A stretch of DNA of 64,000 nucleotides. It comes from Oceanispirochaeta sp. (lineage in GTDB: Bacteria > Spirochaetota > Spirochaetia > DSM-2461). The stretch is from the NCBI GenBank assembly GCA_963666275.2, contig CAXXOA010000001.1, positions 1,024,001 through 1,088,000 on the forward strand, written 5' to 3'. Made by a program: the position numbers and the translations under genes. The number at the start of each line of letters is the position of its first letter. Within the stretch, counting starts at the first letter, position 1. Positions 1-11,386 of this stretch are shown here, in pieces. The notes beneath the pieces were generated by a model. The model was not told where the DNA came from and did no database searches. It saw only the letters and a program-made list of their open reading frames with translations.

Positions 1-2
1 AG

Positions 3-3000
3 AAGGGTTACTACAGCGATGCCGGCATGGATGTTGATATTCTCGAATACCATAACGGTGTGAATATTATTTCGGAAGTCACATCGGGGGATGTGGATTT
101 CGGCATCTGGGGCAGCGGCATTATAGAACTGGGCATGGAGGGAGAGCCTCTTGTCCTGCTGGCAAACTATTTCAAGCGCTCCCCCCTGGCTCTGGTGACG
201 CAGCCCGATATTCGGCTTCCATCCGAGCTGGCAGGTAAAACAGTGATGATCTCCGATGTGGATTTCAAGAATGCCAATTATACGCAGATGTTCAGGACTT
301 TCAAAATTGACATGGACAGTATCAATACGGTTCCTCTCACTTTTACAATGGACGATTTCTTTTCCGGGAAAGTGGATGCTGTTTCCATTTTTCTTACCAA
401 TGAGCCCTTCCTGCTGCAGAAAGAAGGAGTTCCCTACAATATCATCGATCCCAACAACTACGGCCTGGAACTTTATGATGTGAATCTGTTCACTTCCCGG
501 AAGCTCATGGAAACCGATCCTTCCCTGGTGGAGGCTTTTATTGATGCCAGTAACCGGGGATGGGAATATGCCCTGGAGAATCCCGAGGAAATCGTCGATC
601 TCATCCTGAATAAATATAATACACAGAATAAAAGCCGGGAACATCTTCTCTTTGAAGCCCGGCAGACCCTTCGTATGGTGCAGCCCAGAGCCCATCCCCT
701 GGGAAGCCTCGACCTGGATCATATAAAAAGGATCGCCAATCTTTTTACCGAGGTGGGACTCTCCGAACCGGACGGTTCCTACTCCTTTGTTTACTCTGAA
801 GGGCTGCCTGAAATCGGTCTGACTGCGCAGGAGAAGGAGTTTGTCAAATCTCACGGGAATGTCTCTATTGCCATGATGCCGGATTTTACACCCTTCAGTT
901 TTGCCGAGGGTAGCGATGTTATCGGTTTTGAGCATGATCTTCTGGCTCTGCTGAGGGGGCGGACAGGGCTGGATTTTATTCCCCGCTACGGCATCTGGAG
1001 TGAAGGTTTGAATGCCTTCCAACGCCGGGAAGTCGATATGATTGCCAGTATTTCCTATAAGGAAGAACGGCTTCCCTTTACTCTTTTTACCGATCCCTAC
1101 TATGAGATCCCCATTATGATCTACGTGAGGGATGATTTCGGGGACTACAGGAGTCTGCAAAGTCTTGCAGGGTAGAAAGTGGGGGTCCTGAGGGATGTCT
1201 TTTATATCAAGGAGCTGCAGGACCTGGGTACCATGGACCTTGTGGTTTATGAAACATACGATGATTTGACAAAGGCTCTTGTGTACGGCCAGATAGATGC
1301 CCTGATGCAGAACCTGACAAATATCGATGCCCTTATCAAACAGAATGCCTACACCAATCTGCGCCTGGCGGGAGAGCTCCAGCTTCCCACTGTCTCCAGG
1401 GAGGATCTCCGCTTCGGGATCCGTTCCGACGAGCCTCTGCTTCATTCTATTGTCCAGAAAGGTCTGGAGGATATCACACAGGACGAGAAAAGATCTCTGA
1501 CTCAGAAATGGCTGGGAGCCAGAACTGTAGGGGAAGAGAAAAAAGTCGTTTTCACCCGGGAGGAACGGGAATATCTTGAGCAGAAAGGCCCTATCAGAAT
1601 GGCTGTGGACCCTGCCTGGATGCCCCTGGAAGGGATTAATGACAAATCCGAGCATGAGGGCATTGCCGCCGATGTCTTGCAGGAACTCATGAAAAACAGC
1701 GGACTCAACCTGGAACTGGTTCCCACTCAGAGCTGGGAGGAGAGTGTCAATGCGGCAAAGATGCGGCAGATAGATATTTTTTCTCTGGCTATGAGAACAC
1801 CGGAGCGGGAGGAATATATGGATTTCACCACTCCCTATCTCTCCTATCCTTTTGTTATCGCCACACTCAGCAGCAGACTCTTTATTGATGATGTCAAAAC
1901 CCTGTCGGGAGAAAAACTGGCTATGCTGAAGGGCTATGCGGCGGCGGAACTTTTCAGAATAGCCTATCCGGAAATCGAGATCGTAGAAGTGGACACCCTG
2001 ATGGAGGGGATTCAAATGGTCCGTTCCGAAGAGGTTTTCGGTTATGTCGATTCCCTTCCCACACTGACCTCGGCGATTCAGAGAGAGGGGATGACGGATA
2101 TCCGTGTTTCCGGGAAGTTTGATGAAGAGTGGGAGTTGAGCATTGCTGTCAGGAATGATGAGCCTCAGCTGCTGGGGATTATGCAGAAAGCCCTGGACAG
2201 TGTGGATCCCGAAACCATCCGGACAATCAACAACAGATGGCTGGCGGTCCGTTACGATTCACGGGTGGATTATTCTCTCCTTTACAAAGTTATTATAGGT
2301 TTTGTTCTGGTCGCTCTGGTGGGATACTGGCGGCACAGGGAGCTCTATCGGGTTAAGAAAACCATTGAAGAGAAAAATCATCAGCTTCAGGAAGCCTATG
2401 AGAAATATTCCTGGCTGGCTGAGAATATGGATGATGTTGTCTGGGTTATGGGAGTTGACGGGGAACTTATCTATATAAGCCCCTCTGTAGAGAGGATGCG
2501 GGGGTACACTCCCGATGAGGTGATGACCCAGAGTTTTGAAGAGCTTTTCTGTGAAAAATCCCTTCCAAAAGTCAGAGAGGAAATGGAATCGGCCCTGGAG
2601 ACTGTCAGAAGGGGAGAGGTCCCTTCCCTGTCGAGCATACGGGTGGAGCAGCCCTGCCGGGACGGATCCACAGTCTGGACCGAGGTCAATGCCCGTCTGA
2701 TTGTGGACAGGGAAAAGGATCAGATGCGGTTTATCGGGCTGACTCGGAACATCACCGATACTCTCGCCTACGAGGAGGAACTGGAGGAGCTGGCTCTCAC
2801 CGACAGACTGACTGGTTTATACAACCGGCATAAACTGGATGAAATACTGGAGGAACAGCTGGATCTGGCCAACCGCTATCAGGTTCCCTTTGCCGTCATG
2901 ATCATGGATATTGATCATTTCAAACAGGTCAATGATACCTACGGGCATAATATCGGAGACTCCACTCTCATCGATTTTGCCCTGATCCTGGCATCTGCCA

Positions 3001-3272
3001 CAAGGCAGAGCGACATGGTCGGCCGCTGGGGGGGAGAAGAGTTTATGGTGATTATTCCCCAGGCTGAAAAAAATCTGGCCCGGGAGATGGCCGAAAGGCT
3101 GAGGAAAACAATTGAGAGCCATGAGTTTGATACTGTAAAAAAGGTGACAGCCAGTTTCGGTATGGCATTGCACAGGCCCGGTGAAAATATAAGTTCCCTT
3201 ATCTCCCGTTCCGATGCGGCTCTGTATGATTCCAAAAAGAACGGCCGGAACAGGGTCACCTTTTCCTCCTGA
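3..3272 (+). pseudogene. Multi-domain diguanylate cyclase (NMT1/THI5-like SBP, two SBP_bac_3 domains, TM, PAS, GGDEF), split by an in-frame TAG at 1173-1175; 5' end lies outside the window
   Basis: ORFs 27..1175 and 1179..3272 are in the same frame (SLAG*KVGV; LxGKKVGV is the usual SBP motif). GGEEF motif present. The frame is open from base 3 (KGYYSDAG). Confidence 0.8.
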
Positions 3273-3342
3273 AAAATTTCAAGGTACTTTCACACCCTCT
3301 TTCAGCTGTACAGCTACCGGAAAGAGCTGTAAAGTAAACTCT

Positions 3343-3882
3343 ATGAAACAGGGCATTCTCGTAAAAGCCATCCCCCGGGAGAACCGGCATGACATCCATA
3401 TCCCCAATGAACCTTTTGAGCTCTCAGGCCGGCTCAGCCCTTCGTACATTAATGGAAAATGGGACTATGAGGCAGAGTATTTCGAGTCTGATAGGACAGG
3501 CAGCATGTGTTTTCCCGATGAAAACTACGACTACGATGAACTCAAGCGGAACAGTGTGATCCTGGGCGCTTATATGGGGGATATATGCGTTGGAATGGCT
3601 ATTCTGCAGCACCGCTGGAACAGGTATATCTACCTGAGTGATCTGAAAGTCAGGGCGGCGTACAGGGGGCGGGGGATTGCCTCGCACCTCATAGAGGCCT
3701 GCCGAAACACAAGCCGGGAGACGGGATACAGGGGGATCCATACCATTGCCCAGGACAACAACCTGGGGGCCTGTCTTTTCTACCTGAACCGCGGTTTTGT
3801 CCTGGGCGGGCTGGATACGGAAGTGTATCGGGGAACCCGTCAGGAAGGGAAAATCAATCTTCTGTTCTATACAGACAATTAA
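3343..3882 (+). CDS. GNAT acetyltransferase (streptothricin acetyltransferase-like)
   Basis: YRGRGIA acetyl-CoA motif; QDNNLGACLFY..RGF; ATG at 3343. Confidence 0.8.
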   Translation: MKQGILVKAIPRENRHDIHIPNEPFELSGRLSPSYINGKWDYEAEYFESDRTGSMCFPDENYDYDELKRNSVILGAYMGDICVGMAILQHRWNRYIYLSDLKVRAAYRGRGIASHLIEACRNTSRETGYRGIHTIAQDNNLGACLFYLNRGFVLGGLDTEVYRGTRQEGKINLLFYTDN

Positions 3883-3937
3883 AACCCGGGGTACTGGCTG
3901 GCTCTCCATAAACTGGTATCTCCGACTCGGAAATTGT

Positions 3938-5542
3938 CTATAGCATTGCCGAATTCAGTTTCTGACTCTGTTCCAGCAGATCCTTGCAGAGCTTCTCCAT
4001 GGTTTCAGAGGCCTCTTTCAGTTCCCGGGTTTCTTCGGCGGAAGAACGGGAAATGGATGCTGTATTTTCCGAAATCCTCCGGATATCCTGCAGATCCGAA
4101 TTCACCTTTTTAGCGGCTTCCGCCACGCTGTTGACCTGTTCCATCACTTCCTGGGTTATGTGATTCAGATTTCCAACGGAAACCAGGATTTCCCGGCTTC
4201 CCGAATTCAGTTCTTCTGTACTGTGGGAGATCTCCGACATGGATAATTCCACAGTATCAATGCCCTTGGCTATATTCTGAAATGCTGTTCCTGAGGCATC
4301 CACGTGTTTTCCTGTCTGTTCTATGGCCTGGATCATTTCCCTGATTGTTTCTTCAATGCGTTTGGCATTCTGGGAGCTTGATTCGGCCAGTTTTCGGATT
4401 TCAGCCGATACAATGGCAAATCCCCGGCCCGCAGAACCCGCATGGGCGGCTTCGATGGCCGCGTTCATGGCAAGCAGGTTTGTCTGATCGGCAATGCCGG
4501 AGATCATAACGGTTATATTGCTGATCTCATCCAGCAGGGCGCTGGCCCTGTCAAAGGCTCCCCGGGTCCGGGTCATTGTCTTTTCCCCCTGATCGGCCTC
4601 GTTCTTCAGATTTTCCACCGAGGCCGACTTGCTCTGAATGATGGATGAGACATTGTTGATCGAGGCCGCCATTTCTTCAATGGAAGCGCTGGACTGGGTT
4701 ACCTGGGAGGACTGGTCCTGGGAGATCATCCTGAGTTTTTCAATGGATTTGTCCACACTCTGCAGCACCTCACCTGAATTCTCCAGGCGCTGATTCAGCT
4801 GTTCCGTATCTTTTTTCAGACGATCCGTATGATCCTGGATCATATCGCTGACCTTGAGGGTCCGGTTGGCATCGGTCTGGAGCTGCGAGGCTTTGCTGAG
4901 CTGCCGGGCCGATTCGCTTATGAGATTTTTATTCTTCCGGGAAAACTCCTCCAGCTGTTCCATCTTCTCTTTCATATTATCCAGGACGATGTTAACGGTT
5001 CGGCGGATCATCAGGATGCTGAGGCAGACCGAGAGGACGGCCACCATGGTAAAAAGGATCTGTTCGGGAACTGAAATCCCTCCTTCCGCATCCCAGCCCC
5101 ACCGGAACTGGAGCATCAGAATCATACCCAGGTAGCTGGCTATGTATATTCCCGCCTGAATCAGAAGAAAGAGCATTCTGTCGATGAAAACGGAACTGAA
5201 TATAATGAATGCGCCCACAATGGTTGTCAGAACGGGGAGGGTGGCATCGCCGCAATTCCCCCGGGAGAACCGGAGCAGAATAAAACCGATTGTCAGAAGA
5301 AAAAAGAAAGCGGTGCTTACCTGCTGGTAATAGCCTTTCCTCACAAGGACCCAGGAGCTGAATATAATGGCTATCAGCACAAAGTGGGAGATGTATCTTG
5401 AGAGTTCCACCCCTGTAAGGACATCGCTCACAATGATAAGCATGGAGAGTCCCAGAATGGCTAAAAGCACGATAGAGAACATGGAGGCTTTCAGACGAAC
5501 TTCAAAATTTTTCTCTTTGTAAATGTTTCTAACACTTTCCAT
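3938..5542 (-). CDS. Methyl-accepting chemotaxis protein, multi-TM
   Basis: [27 protein letters not shown] signalling hairpin. Confidence 0.92.
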   Translation of the reverse strand: MESVRNIYKEKNFEVRLKASMFSIVLLAILGLSMLIIVSDVLTGVELSRYISHFVLIAIIFSSWVLVRKGYYQQVSTAFFFLLTIGFILLRFSRGNCGDATLPVLTTIVGAFIIFSSVFIDRMLFLLIQAGIYIASYLGMILMLQFRWGWDAEGGISVPEQILFTMVAVLSVCLSILMIRRTVNIVLDNMKEKMEQLEEFSRKNKNLISESARQLSKASQLQTDANRTLKVSDMIQDHTDRLKKDTEQLNQRLENSGEVLQSVDKSIEKLRMISQDQSSQVTQSSASIEEMAASINNVSSIIQSKSASVENLKNEADQGEKTMTRTRGAFDRASALLDEISNITVMISGIADQTNLLAMNAAIEAAHAGSAGRGFAIVSAEIRKLAESSSQNAKRIEETIREMIQAIEQTGKHVDASGTAFQNIAKGIDTVELSMSEISHSTEELNSGSREILVSVGNLNHITQEVMEQVNSVAEAAKKVNSDLQDIRRISENTASISRSSAEETRELKEASETMEKLCKDLLEQSQKLNSAML

Positions 5543-5555
5543 AATCTTTCCTTTA

Positions 5556-6344
5556 TTAAGAAACAAAAATTGAAATAGCGCTTAATAGGATGACTGCTGC
5601 CATTAGAGGTATCTGAACAATGGATTTCTGGAAGGATGCAACAAAAGAGGTAAAACCCGGGGTTTTAAGGCCATCTTCCACTTTCTGTTTGTAGGCTATC
5701 TGGAGTACTCCCCCCGAGGTCAGGCTGGTGGCTCTTGCGAGCACCCAGATTCCGGGGTTGAGAAAGGCCAGGCTGATCAGCGCCGGGGTGGCAAGAATCG
5801 CCAGATGATAGAGGCTGACCGAGGGAGAAAATTCCCCGGTCACAAAGTTCCAGTTCCAGAGCGTATAGGCAATGGCCCAGAGGAGGATTCCCCTGGACTG
5901 AATCATATAATAACCGATATGAACCAGCCCCCATTGCTCTCCTTCCAGAACCGTCGTCCACTGGGAGTTGAAAAGCAGATGGGTGGAAGCCAGCATGGCG
6001 ATCCCGGCAATACCGTTCCAGTAACGTTTCTTTTTGAAATCCGAAACGGTAGCTTCGGAGATATTTATGTACATGAGAATAGCAAGGATAATGATCAGGG
6101 CCCGGGGAGGAAGCAGGGTGAATGCTGTGAGAGCTGTCAGGGCCCTTCCTATAATCAGAGTTGAGAGTTTTATCTTTTCAAAGGAAACCATTTTCGTGGT
6201 GATCAGAAGATAAACGGGCAGAAGGATATTCAGGGGGATATTTCCCCAGATCGGGAAATAGACAGAAAGTACTGTTGCGGCTGCGATGGCAGATAACGAC
6301 ATAAGGAAGAAAGGAATTACTGTACCTGAGGATGTCCTGTTCAC
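5556..6344 (-). CDS. Integral membrane protein (possibly DUF5692-like)
   Basis: Hydrophobic 262-aa ORF; W..AY.LWN motif. Confidence 0.6.
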   Translation of the reverse strand: MNRTSSGTVIPFFLMSLSAIAAATVLSVYFPIWGNIPLNILLPVYLLITTKMVSFEKIKLSTLIIGRALTALTAFTLLPPRALIIILAILMYINISEATVSDFKKKRYWNGIAGIAMLASTHLLFNSQWTTVLEGEQWGLVHIGYYMIQSRGILLWAIAYTLWNWNFVTGEFSPSVSLYHLAILATPALISLAFLNPGIWVLARATSLTSGGVLQIAYKQKVEDGLKTPGFTSFVASFQKSIVQIPLMAAVILLSAISIFVS

Positions 6345-6597
6345 TGTATTTCTCCAATGGATTTTTAATTCTTTTTATTAGAGTATCAAATATTATTCCT
6401 CTGGCAAAGATACCGCCAAAAATAAATACACTTTTAAGTTATACATTTCTTCTGCGAAGAGCGGTTCAATCAGATCATTATGTTTGTTTTCAAATAATAA
6501 TCTGAATTTCTCCCCGGGTGGGGATGCCTGTCTCTTGTTTCGCACAGCTCCTTCAGGGTAAGTTGCTTCTCATTGCCATAATATTTCAGGAGCGATT

Positions 6598-8037
6598 TTG
6601 AATATCTCCCCATACGCAGCCCTTAAAGACTATTTCGGATACGAGGATTTCCTGGGTCGCCAGGAAGAAATCATCACCCGGACTCTGGCGGATCCTGACA
6701 ACCACAGCCTGGTGCTGATGCCCACCGGCGGAGGTAAGTCCCTGTGCTACCAGATCCCCGCCCTCTGCCTTAAAGGCAGGACCCTGGTCATCAGTCCTCT
6801 TATCTCCCTGATGAAAGACCAGGTGGACAGCCTGAAGACCCGGGGGATCAAAGCGGGCTTTATCAACTCCACCTTAAGCCGGGACGAGCGGGAGAAGCGT
6901 CTGGAATCCTTTCTCTACGGGGAGTTGAAAATCCTCTATCTGACTCCGGAGCGGCTGAAACAGCCGGATTTTATGGACAGGATAAAACGGGCGGATATTG
7001 ATCTTCTGGCGGTGGATGAAGCTCACTGTATTTCTGCCTGGGGCCATGACTTCCGCCCCGATTACAGCCTGTTAGGTCTCTACAGGGAGCAGCTGGGAAG
7101 CCCCCGGACTCTAGCCCTTACCGCCAGCGCCACGAAAGAGGTGCAGGAGGATATCATCCGCGCTCTTCATCTGGATAAGGAGAACTGTGAAATCTTCCAC
7201 CAGGGCATCCGCAGGCCCAACCTCCATATCCAAGCGGAAGAGGTGATCGATGATGATGCCAGACTGGAGAACATCCTGACCCTTGCGGCTTCCAACCCCG
7301 GCAGCGGGATCGTCTACTTCTCCCTGATCAAAACCCTGGAAGCTTTCTCGTCCATCCTGGACCAGAAGGGGATCAGCCATCTGATGTACCACGGCAAGCT
7401 GGAGCATGGTGAGCGCAAAAGGGTGCAGAACCGCTTTATGGAAGGGCATGAACTGATTCTGGCTACCAACGCCTTCGGCATGGGTATAGACAAGAAGGAT
7501 ATCCGTCTCATTATCCATGCTGAGATGCCCGGCAGCGTAGAGTCCTACTACCAGGAGATCGGCCGTGCCGGACGGGATGGGAAAAAATCCCTCTGTTCCT
7601 TGATTTACAACCAGGAAGATCTGATGATCCATATGGATTTTATCAACTGGTCCAACCCCGAGCCCGCTTTCTATCACAAGCTCTACCTCCTTCTGGAAAA
7701 GGAGATGGATAAGCTCAACAGTTTAGGTCTGGATTACCTGAAGGAACAGCTGGTTTATAAAAACCGCTTTGATTTCCGGCTGGAAACAGCCCTTTCTGTG
7801 CTGGAGCGCCACGAGGTGATCACCGGAAGCCTGCACCAGAAAAATCTGAAGCTTCTGAGTTCCCTGCCTGCCTTTCTGACGGACAGGGACAGCCATGAGA
7901 AGCAGATCTCCCACGCCCGGATGAAGCTCCTGGGAATGGTCAATTTTTTCCGCAGCGAGGATTGCCGTTTTGCCTTTCTGGATGATTACTTTTCTCTTCC
8001 CCGGGGCGGGGACTGCGGAAATTGCGACAGGTGCTGA
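6598..8037 (+). CDS. recQ: RecQ-family ATP-dependent DNA helicase (short form)
   Basis: MPTGGGKSLCYQ, VDEAHCIS.WGHDFRP, QEIGRAGRDG, C-terminal Cys cluster. Confidence 0.92.
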   Translation: MNISPYAALKDYFGYEDFLGRQEEIITRTLADPDNHSLVLMPTGGGKSLCYQIPALCLKGRTLVISPLISLMKDQVDSLKTRGIKAGFINSTLSRDEREKRLESFLYGELKILYLTPERLKQPDFMDRIKRADIDLLAVDEAHCISAWGHDFRPDYSLLGLYREQLGSPRTLALTASATKEVQEDIIRALHLDKENCEIFHQGIRRPNLHIQAEEVIDDDARLENILTLAASNPGSGIVYFSLIKTLEAFSSILDQKGISHLMYHGKLEHGERKRVQNRFMEGHELILATNAFGMGIDKKDIRLIIHAEMPGSVESYYQEIGRAGRDGKKSLCSLIYNQEDLMIHMDFINWSNPEPAFYHKLYLLLEKEMDKLNSLGLDYLKEQLVYKNRFDFRLETALSVLERHEVITGSLHQKNLKLLSSLPAFLTDRDSHEKQISHARMKLLGMVNFFRSEDCRFAFLDDYFSLPRGGDCGNCDRC

Positions 8038-8054
8038 CAGGATGGGAAAAAAAA

Positions 8055-8128
8055 AGCCTTCTGTCAGATTCGAACTGACGACCCCGAGATTACAAGTCAC
8101 GTGCTCTGGCCAGCTGAGCTAAGAAGGC
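8055..8128 (-). tRNA. tRNA-Thr(TGT)
   Basis: Reverse complement folds as a cloverleaf: GCCTTCT/AGAAGGC acceptor stem, CTTGTAA loop, GTTCGAATC T-loop. Confidence 0.95.
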
Positions 8129-8138
8129 ATTTTAAAGA

Positions 8139-8219
8139 TGGGGAGAGAAGGATTTGAACCTACGAAGCCGAAGCAACAGATTTACAGTCTGCCCCCTTTG
8201 ACCACTCGGGAACCTCCCC
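8139..8219 (-). tRNA. tRNA-Tyr(GTA)
   Basis: GGGGAGG/TCTCCCC acceptor stem, CTGTAAA loop, long variable arm, GTTCAAATC. Confidence 0.95.
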
Positions 8220-8272
8220 GTCATATTCAACTGTCATGCTGGTCTGAAGCACTGCTTCAGTCAGCGATTGAG

Positions 8273-8301
8273 ACTTTAAAGAATACTGGAGAAAATGTCA
8301 A
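8273..8301 (-). promoter_or_regulatory. Sigma70-like promoter of the tRNA-Tyr/Thr pair
   Basis: TTGACA (8301-8296), 17-bp spacer, TAAAGT (8278-8273). Confidence 0.65.
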
Positions 8302-8512
8302 TAAATGGCTGGAAGAACAGGGATTGGGCAATATCGAATATCTCTGGTGTTAAGCTCAGGGGTATATTTTATCAAATCAGGATTTTGTTTGCTCCATGGA
8401 GTGAACCGCCTCCGGTCACAGCTTCGCTGTTGCTCGTTTATACTTCCGACCCGTGGAGACCCGCATACTCATTTGGTGTGGGGGGGAGGGTAAAAGCCTC
8501 GGGCTACCCGAT
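8296..8512 (+). mobile_element. Degenerate 3' remnant of a group IIC intron (end of RT ORF, domains V-VI) with a 40-bp insert in domain V
   Basis: Translates NKWLEEQGL.NI.YLWC; ends GGCTACCCGAT like the intact copies. Confidence 0.88.
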
Positions 8513-8552
8513 TTCTACAGCTTTTTCATAATTTGCTGAATTACTCCGTATT

Positions 8553-9392
8553 CTATAGGATTCTGGCACTCCCCCCCACTTGCACACTCTCTATATTGCC
8601 TTGATTATTAGTCACTTTTACAAATATTCTTGAAGGGAGATTCAAAGTATATCCTTGTTCAAACTCGAAAGAACGATCGTTATTATCATCGCTATATTTC
8701 GACAAATAACAGGCTAATGCTCCATTTGATGTTCCTGTTGCAGACTCCTCATCTATTCCATATCTTGGTGCAAAGTTTCTTGTATGTGCATCGGCCTCAT
8801 TTATTGATTCAAGGCAAAAAGCATGTATTCCAACAACATCATATTTTTCACTTATCTTAGAAATACAATTGCTATTGGCTTTAAGCTGATTTAATGTCTT
8901 TAAATTTCGTATTGGAAGAATAATATCCCGTAATCCTGTTGATACAATCTGGATTGGCAAATCCGCATAGAAGTCATTATGATCCATGCTAAAGCAATTC
9001 ATTAATTCTTTTCTATCTATAATATCACCGAATTTAGGAATATTTTGTTCCATATAAACAAGTTTATCATATATTTCAAGCTGTAATACTCCAGCTCTAG
9101 TCTCTTGAGTATAACGACCACTTTTGATCACATGAAGATCTCTTAATAAATTAAAAGTTGCGATTGTTGCATGACCGCATAAATCAACTTCAGAAACAGT
9201 AGTGAAAAATTTGACCTTGAAATCAGCATATAAAGATTTCATAATAAACGCTGTCTCAGAAAAGCCAATGTCTTTCGCAATATTTAGCATTTCGTTCTCT
9301 GATAATATATCTGCATCCAAGACCACGCCAGCAGGATTCCCTCCCATATTATTATATTGAAATGCAGATATTTTATAGATTTGTCTATTCAT
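8553..9392 (-). CDS. PhzF-family isomerase/epimerase (cassette 11)
   Basis: GGNPAGVV, FSETAF, EVDLCGHAT, EESATGTSNG. Confidence 0.92.
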   Translation of the reverse strand: MNRQIYKISAFQYNNMGGNPAGVVLDADILSENEMLNIAKDIGFSETAFIMKSLYADFKVKFFTTVSEVDLCGHATIATFNLLRDLHVIKSGRYTQETRAGVLQLEIYDKLVYMEQNIPKFGDIIDRKELMNCFSMDHNDFYADLPIQIVSTGLRDIILPIRNLKTLNQLKANSNCISKISEKYDVVGIHAFCLESINEADAHTRNFAPRYGIDEESATGTSNGALACYLSKYSDDNNDRSFEFEQGYTLNLPSRIFVKVTNNQGNIESVQVGGSARIL

Positions 9393-9445
9393 AGATCGGT
9401 CCTTATTATCAAGTGAAGGAAATCTTCAATCATATAACTATCCTT

Positions 9446-10150
9446 CTAGTTTGCATATTCCCTTAACCAACTAGTTATTTCTTTTTCGGAATGTAGGTAG
9501 TGCTCACCATTTTTTACTATTGTAAGAGTTGCACTATATTTATTTATAAAGGAATCTATTATATATCGTTCAGTAAGATTGTCCTTCTCACCGTAAATAA
9601 TATGTGATTCAGTGTACCATCCTGAGATTTTGTTTTCCCTTATATATGTTAAATATTGCCAAGAAAGGGTCTCTCCTATTGGTATTGCGATTTCTTTTTT
9701 GGTTTTAAGATCATTTTCTGAAACATTAAACCATCCCATCATATTTTTTATTAATGCTTCCATATCTAATATTGGGGACTCAAATAGGCTTTTTTTAATT
9801 TTATAGTTTTCAAATGCGACTAAGCTAAAGTATGCCCCGATACTTGAAGCATATATCGATATTTCATTCCATTTATTACTTGCAAAAGTATAAACATTTT
9901 TTAATTCAGGCACACAATTTTGAATTATAAACTCTTTATCATTATCTTTTCGTTCACCATGCTTTGGTAAATCAAAACTTATTACTTGAAATCCTTTATA
10001 ATTACCTTCTTCCGCTAATCTCTCAGCATATTCTTTATGACTATCCTTTCCATGAATATATATGTATACTCTATCTGATTTTTCCCCCCATATTATTGCT
10101 GGGATACCATGAATTATCTGTTTATCTTTTTTCATTCCTAGCCTATTCAT
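9446..10150 (-). CDS. Alpha/beta hydrolase (cassette 11)
   Basis: HG, SFDLPKHGER, ASSIGAY nucleophile elbow, GEKD, GEH. Confidence 0.85.
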   Translation of the reverse strand: MNRLGMKKDKQIIHGIPAIIWGEKSDRVYIYIHGKDSHKEYAERLAEEGNYKGFQVISFDLPKHGERKDNDKEFIIQNCVPELKNVYTFASNKWNEISIYASSIGAYFSLVAFENYKIKKSLFESPILDMEALIKNMMGWFNVSENDLKTKKEIAIPIGETLSWQYLTYIRENKISGWYTESHIIYGEKDNLTERYIIDSFINKYSATLTIVKNGEHYLHSEKEITSWLREYAN

Positions 10151-10440
10151 TCTTTTTCTTATTTAACTTTATTTAAGCGCCGAAGGCGTCAGCCTGACGA
10201 GACTGTAGAAACACTCTATTTGAATATTTTTCCCTCTTTTTAAAATAGAATTATTCAGAGAATTATTCATCTCTCCATTTACGAATTTCTATCCATTAAA
10301 CCCGCATATATTCCATTACAATTGAATATATCTCTTAAAACTTCCAATCTCATTGGTTCTTTCGTATTCCTACAGACTATACCGCTGAAATTTCCCGATA
10401 TTATGCACCATGCAATACCGTAACCATTATATTCTGAGTA

Positions 10441-10514
10441 TGCTTCCGACCCGTGCGGACCCGCATGCTCATTTGGTGTGGGGGCTGGAGCTTAAAAGCC
10501 TCGGGCTACCCGAT
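10441..10514 (+). mobile_element. Short group IIC intron 3' remnant (part of DV, plus DVI)
   Basis: CCGTGCGGACCCGCATGC..TGGTGTGGGGGCTGGAG..GGCTACCCGAT, followed by TTACGCAGA (R'' half of the TA cassette). Confidence 0.88.
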
Positions 10515-10532
10515 TTACGCAGATTTTAAATT

Positions 10533-10808
10533 TTATTTATATGCTTCATCATGAGACCCAATGCTTATGGGAATTATAGTATCATCTTGTATCAGGAACT
10601 CAACTGTAATTCGGTATGAAATATTAATTGATATGCTATATAACTCTGATAAATTACCTTTTAATTGATGTAAGCGTAGAGATGGGTGATTGGGGTTTAT
10701 TTCCATTAGCTGCAATGCCTTAGAATACTGTTTTTTTATCTCTGGGTGTTTTTTTAAGAATTTTGCAGCTTTTTTTTCGTAACTATGTGTAAATATAATT
10801 TTAGGCAT
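10533..10808 (-). CDS. RelE/ParE-superfamily toxin (cassette 10)
   Basis: HPSLRLHQLKG..SISINISYRI..IGSHDE; overlaps the antitoxin gene. Confidence 0.88.
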   Translation of the reverse strand: MPKIIFTHSYEKKAAKFLKKHPEIKKQYSKALQLMEINPNHPSLRLHQLKGNLSELYSISINISYRITVEFLIQDDTIIPISIGSHDEAYK

Positions 10809-11058
10809 CAGTTATTCTTTCTATATGGTCTTCTATACTACCGGTATAATATTTTCCTTCTTGTATATCTTTCTTAGCTTCAACCAATGCTGCTTCAAGT
10901 TCACATTCTCTTAAGCGGTTGTATTCATCCATTGAAAGAACAACATATTTACTTTTACCTCGGACAGTTATGACTGCTTCATTCTCCTCTGAGATGACTT
11001 GATCCAGAACAGATACACCTTTAACTTTCAAATCATTGGCTGTTATACTATTAAACAT
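10801..11058 (-). CDS. Phd/YefM-family antitoxin (cassette 10)
   Basis: ITANDLK..VITVRGKSKYVVLSMDEY. Confidence 0.88.
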   Translation of the reverse strand: MFNSITANDLKVKGVSVLDQVISEENEAVITVRGKSKYVVLSMDEYNRLRECELEAALVEAKKDIQEGKYYTGSIEDHIERITDA

Positions 11059-11254
11059 ATTGTTACCTCATTATTAATAGTACTATTAATTGTGCTGTCT
11101 ATCAATTGTTTAACAGTTATATTTTCATATATGTAAGAAAAGTATTTTAAACAACTTCGAAGCATAATCCTCCATCGGAGATTTGAATTTCCTGATAAAT
11201 TTTCTTTCTCTTTTCCAGTAATATCTTTAACGTAAAAAATAAACATTTAATTCT

Positions 11255-11365
11255 GTGTAACATTCTTTTCATTTGCAGACCGTAAACCTGGCGTGAAACT
11301 TGCCTGCGTAGCAGAAAAGCAGGTTTCATGACAGTAGGGCTGTCAATTGCAAAAGCAAGTTAAAT
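11255..11365 (-). other. attC site, intron-free (111 bp)
   Basis: On +: GTGTAAC...imperfect hairpin...GTTAAAT; the R'' matches the GTTAAATAG start of the ATPase cassette at 12672. Confidence 0.85.
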
Positions 11366-11386
11366 AGTGCCCTTAATGCGTTTTTG

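Noticed and set aside
8055..8219. tRNA as the integration site of an island or prophage
   Set aside because: The array abuts the tRNA 5' side, no duplicated tRNA 3' end was seen, and the only integrase is IntI.
8138..8353. 71-aa ORF
   Set aside because: It is antisense to tRNA-Tyr and runs into the intron remnant.
9432..9438. R'-like ATATAAC between the hydrolase and PhzF genes
   Set aside because: No attC stem and no matching R''; could be chance in AT-rich DNA.
10212..10440. Possible gene relic or attC between the TA and hydrolase cassettes
   Set aside because: Only a start-less ~50-codon frame and no convincing hairpin. The box at 10203-10212 matches the 8513 end with a 1-nt offset, so that boundary is tentative.
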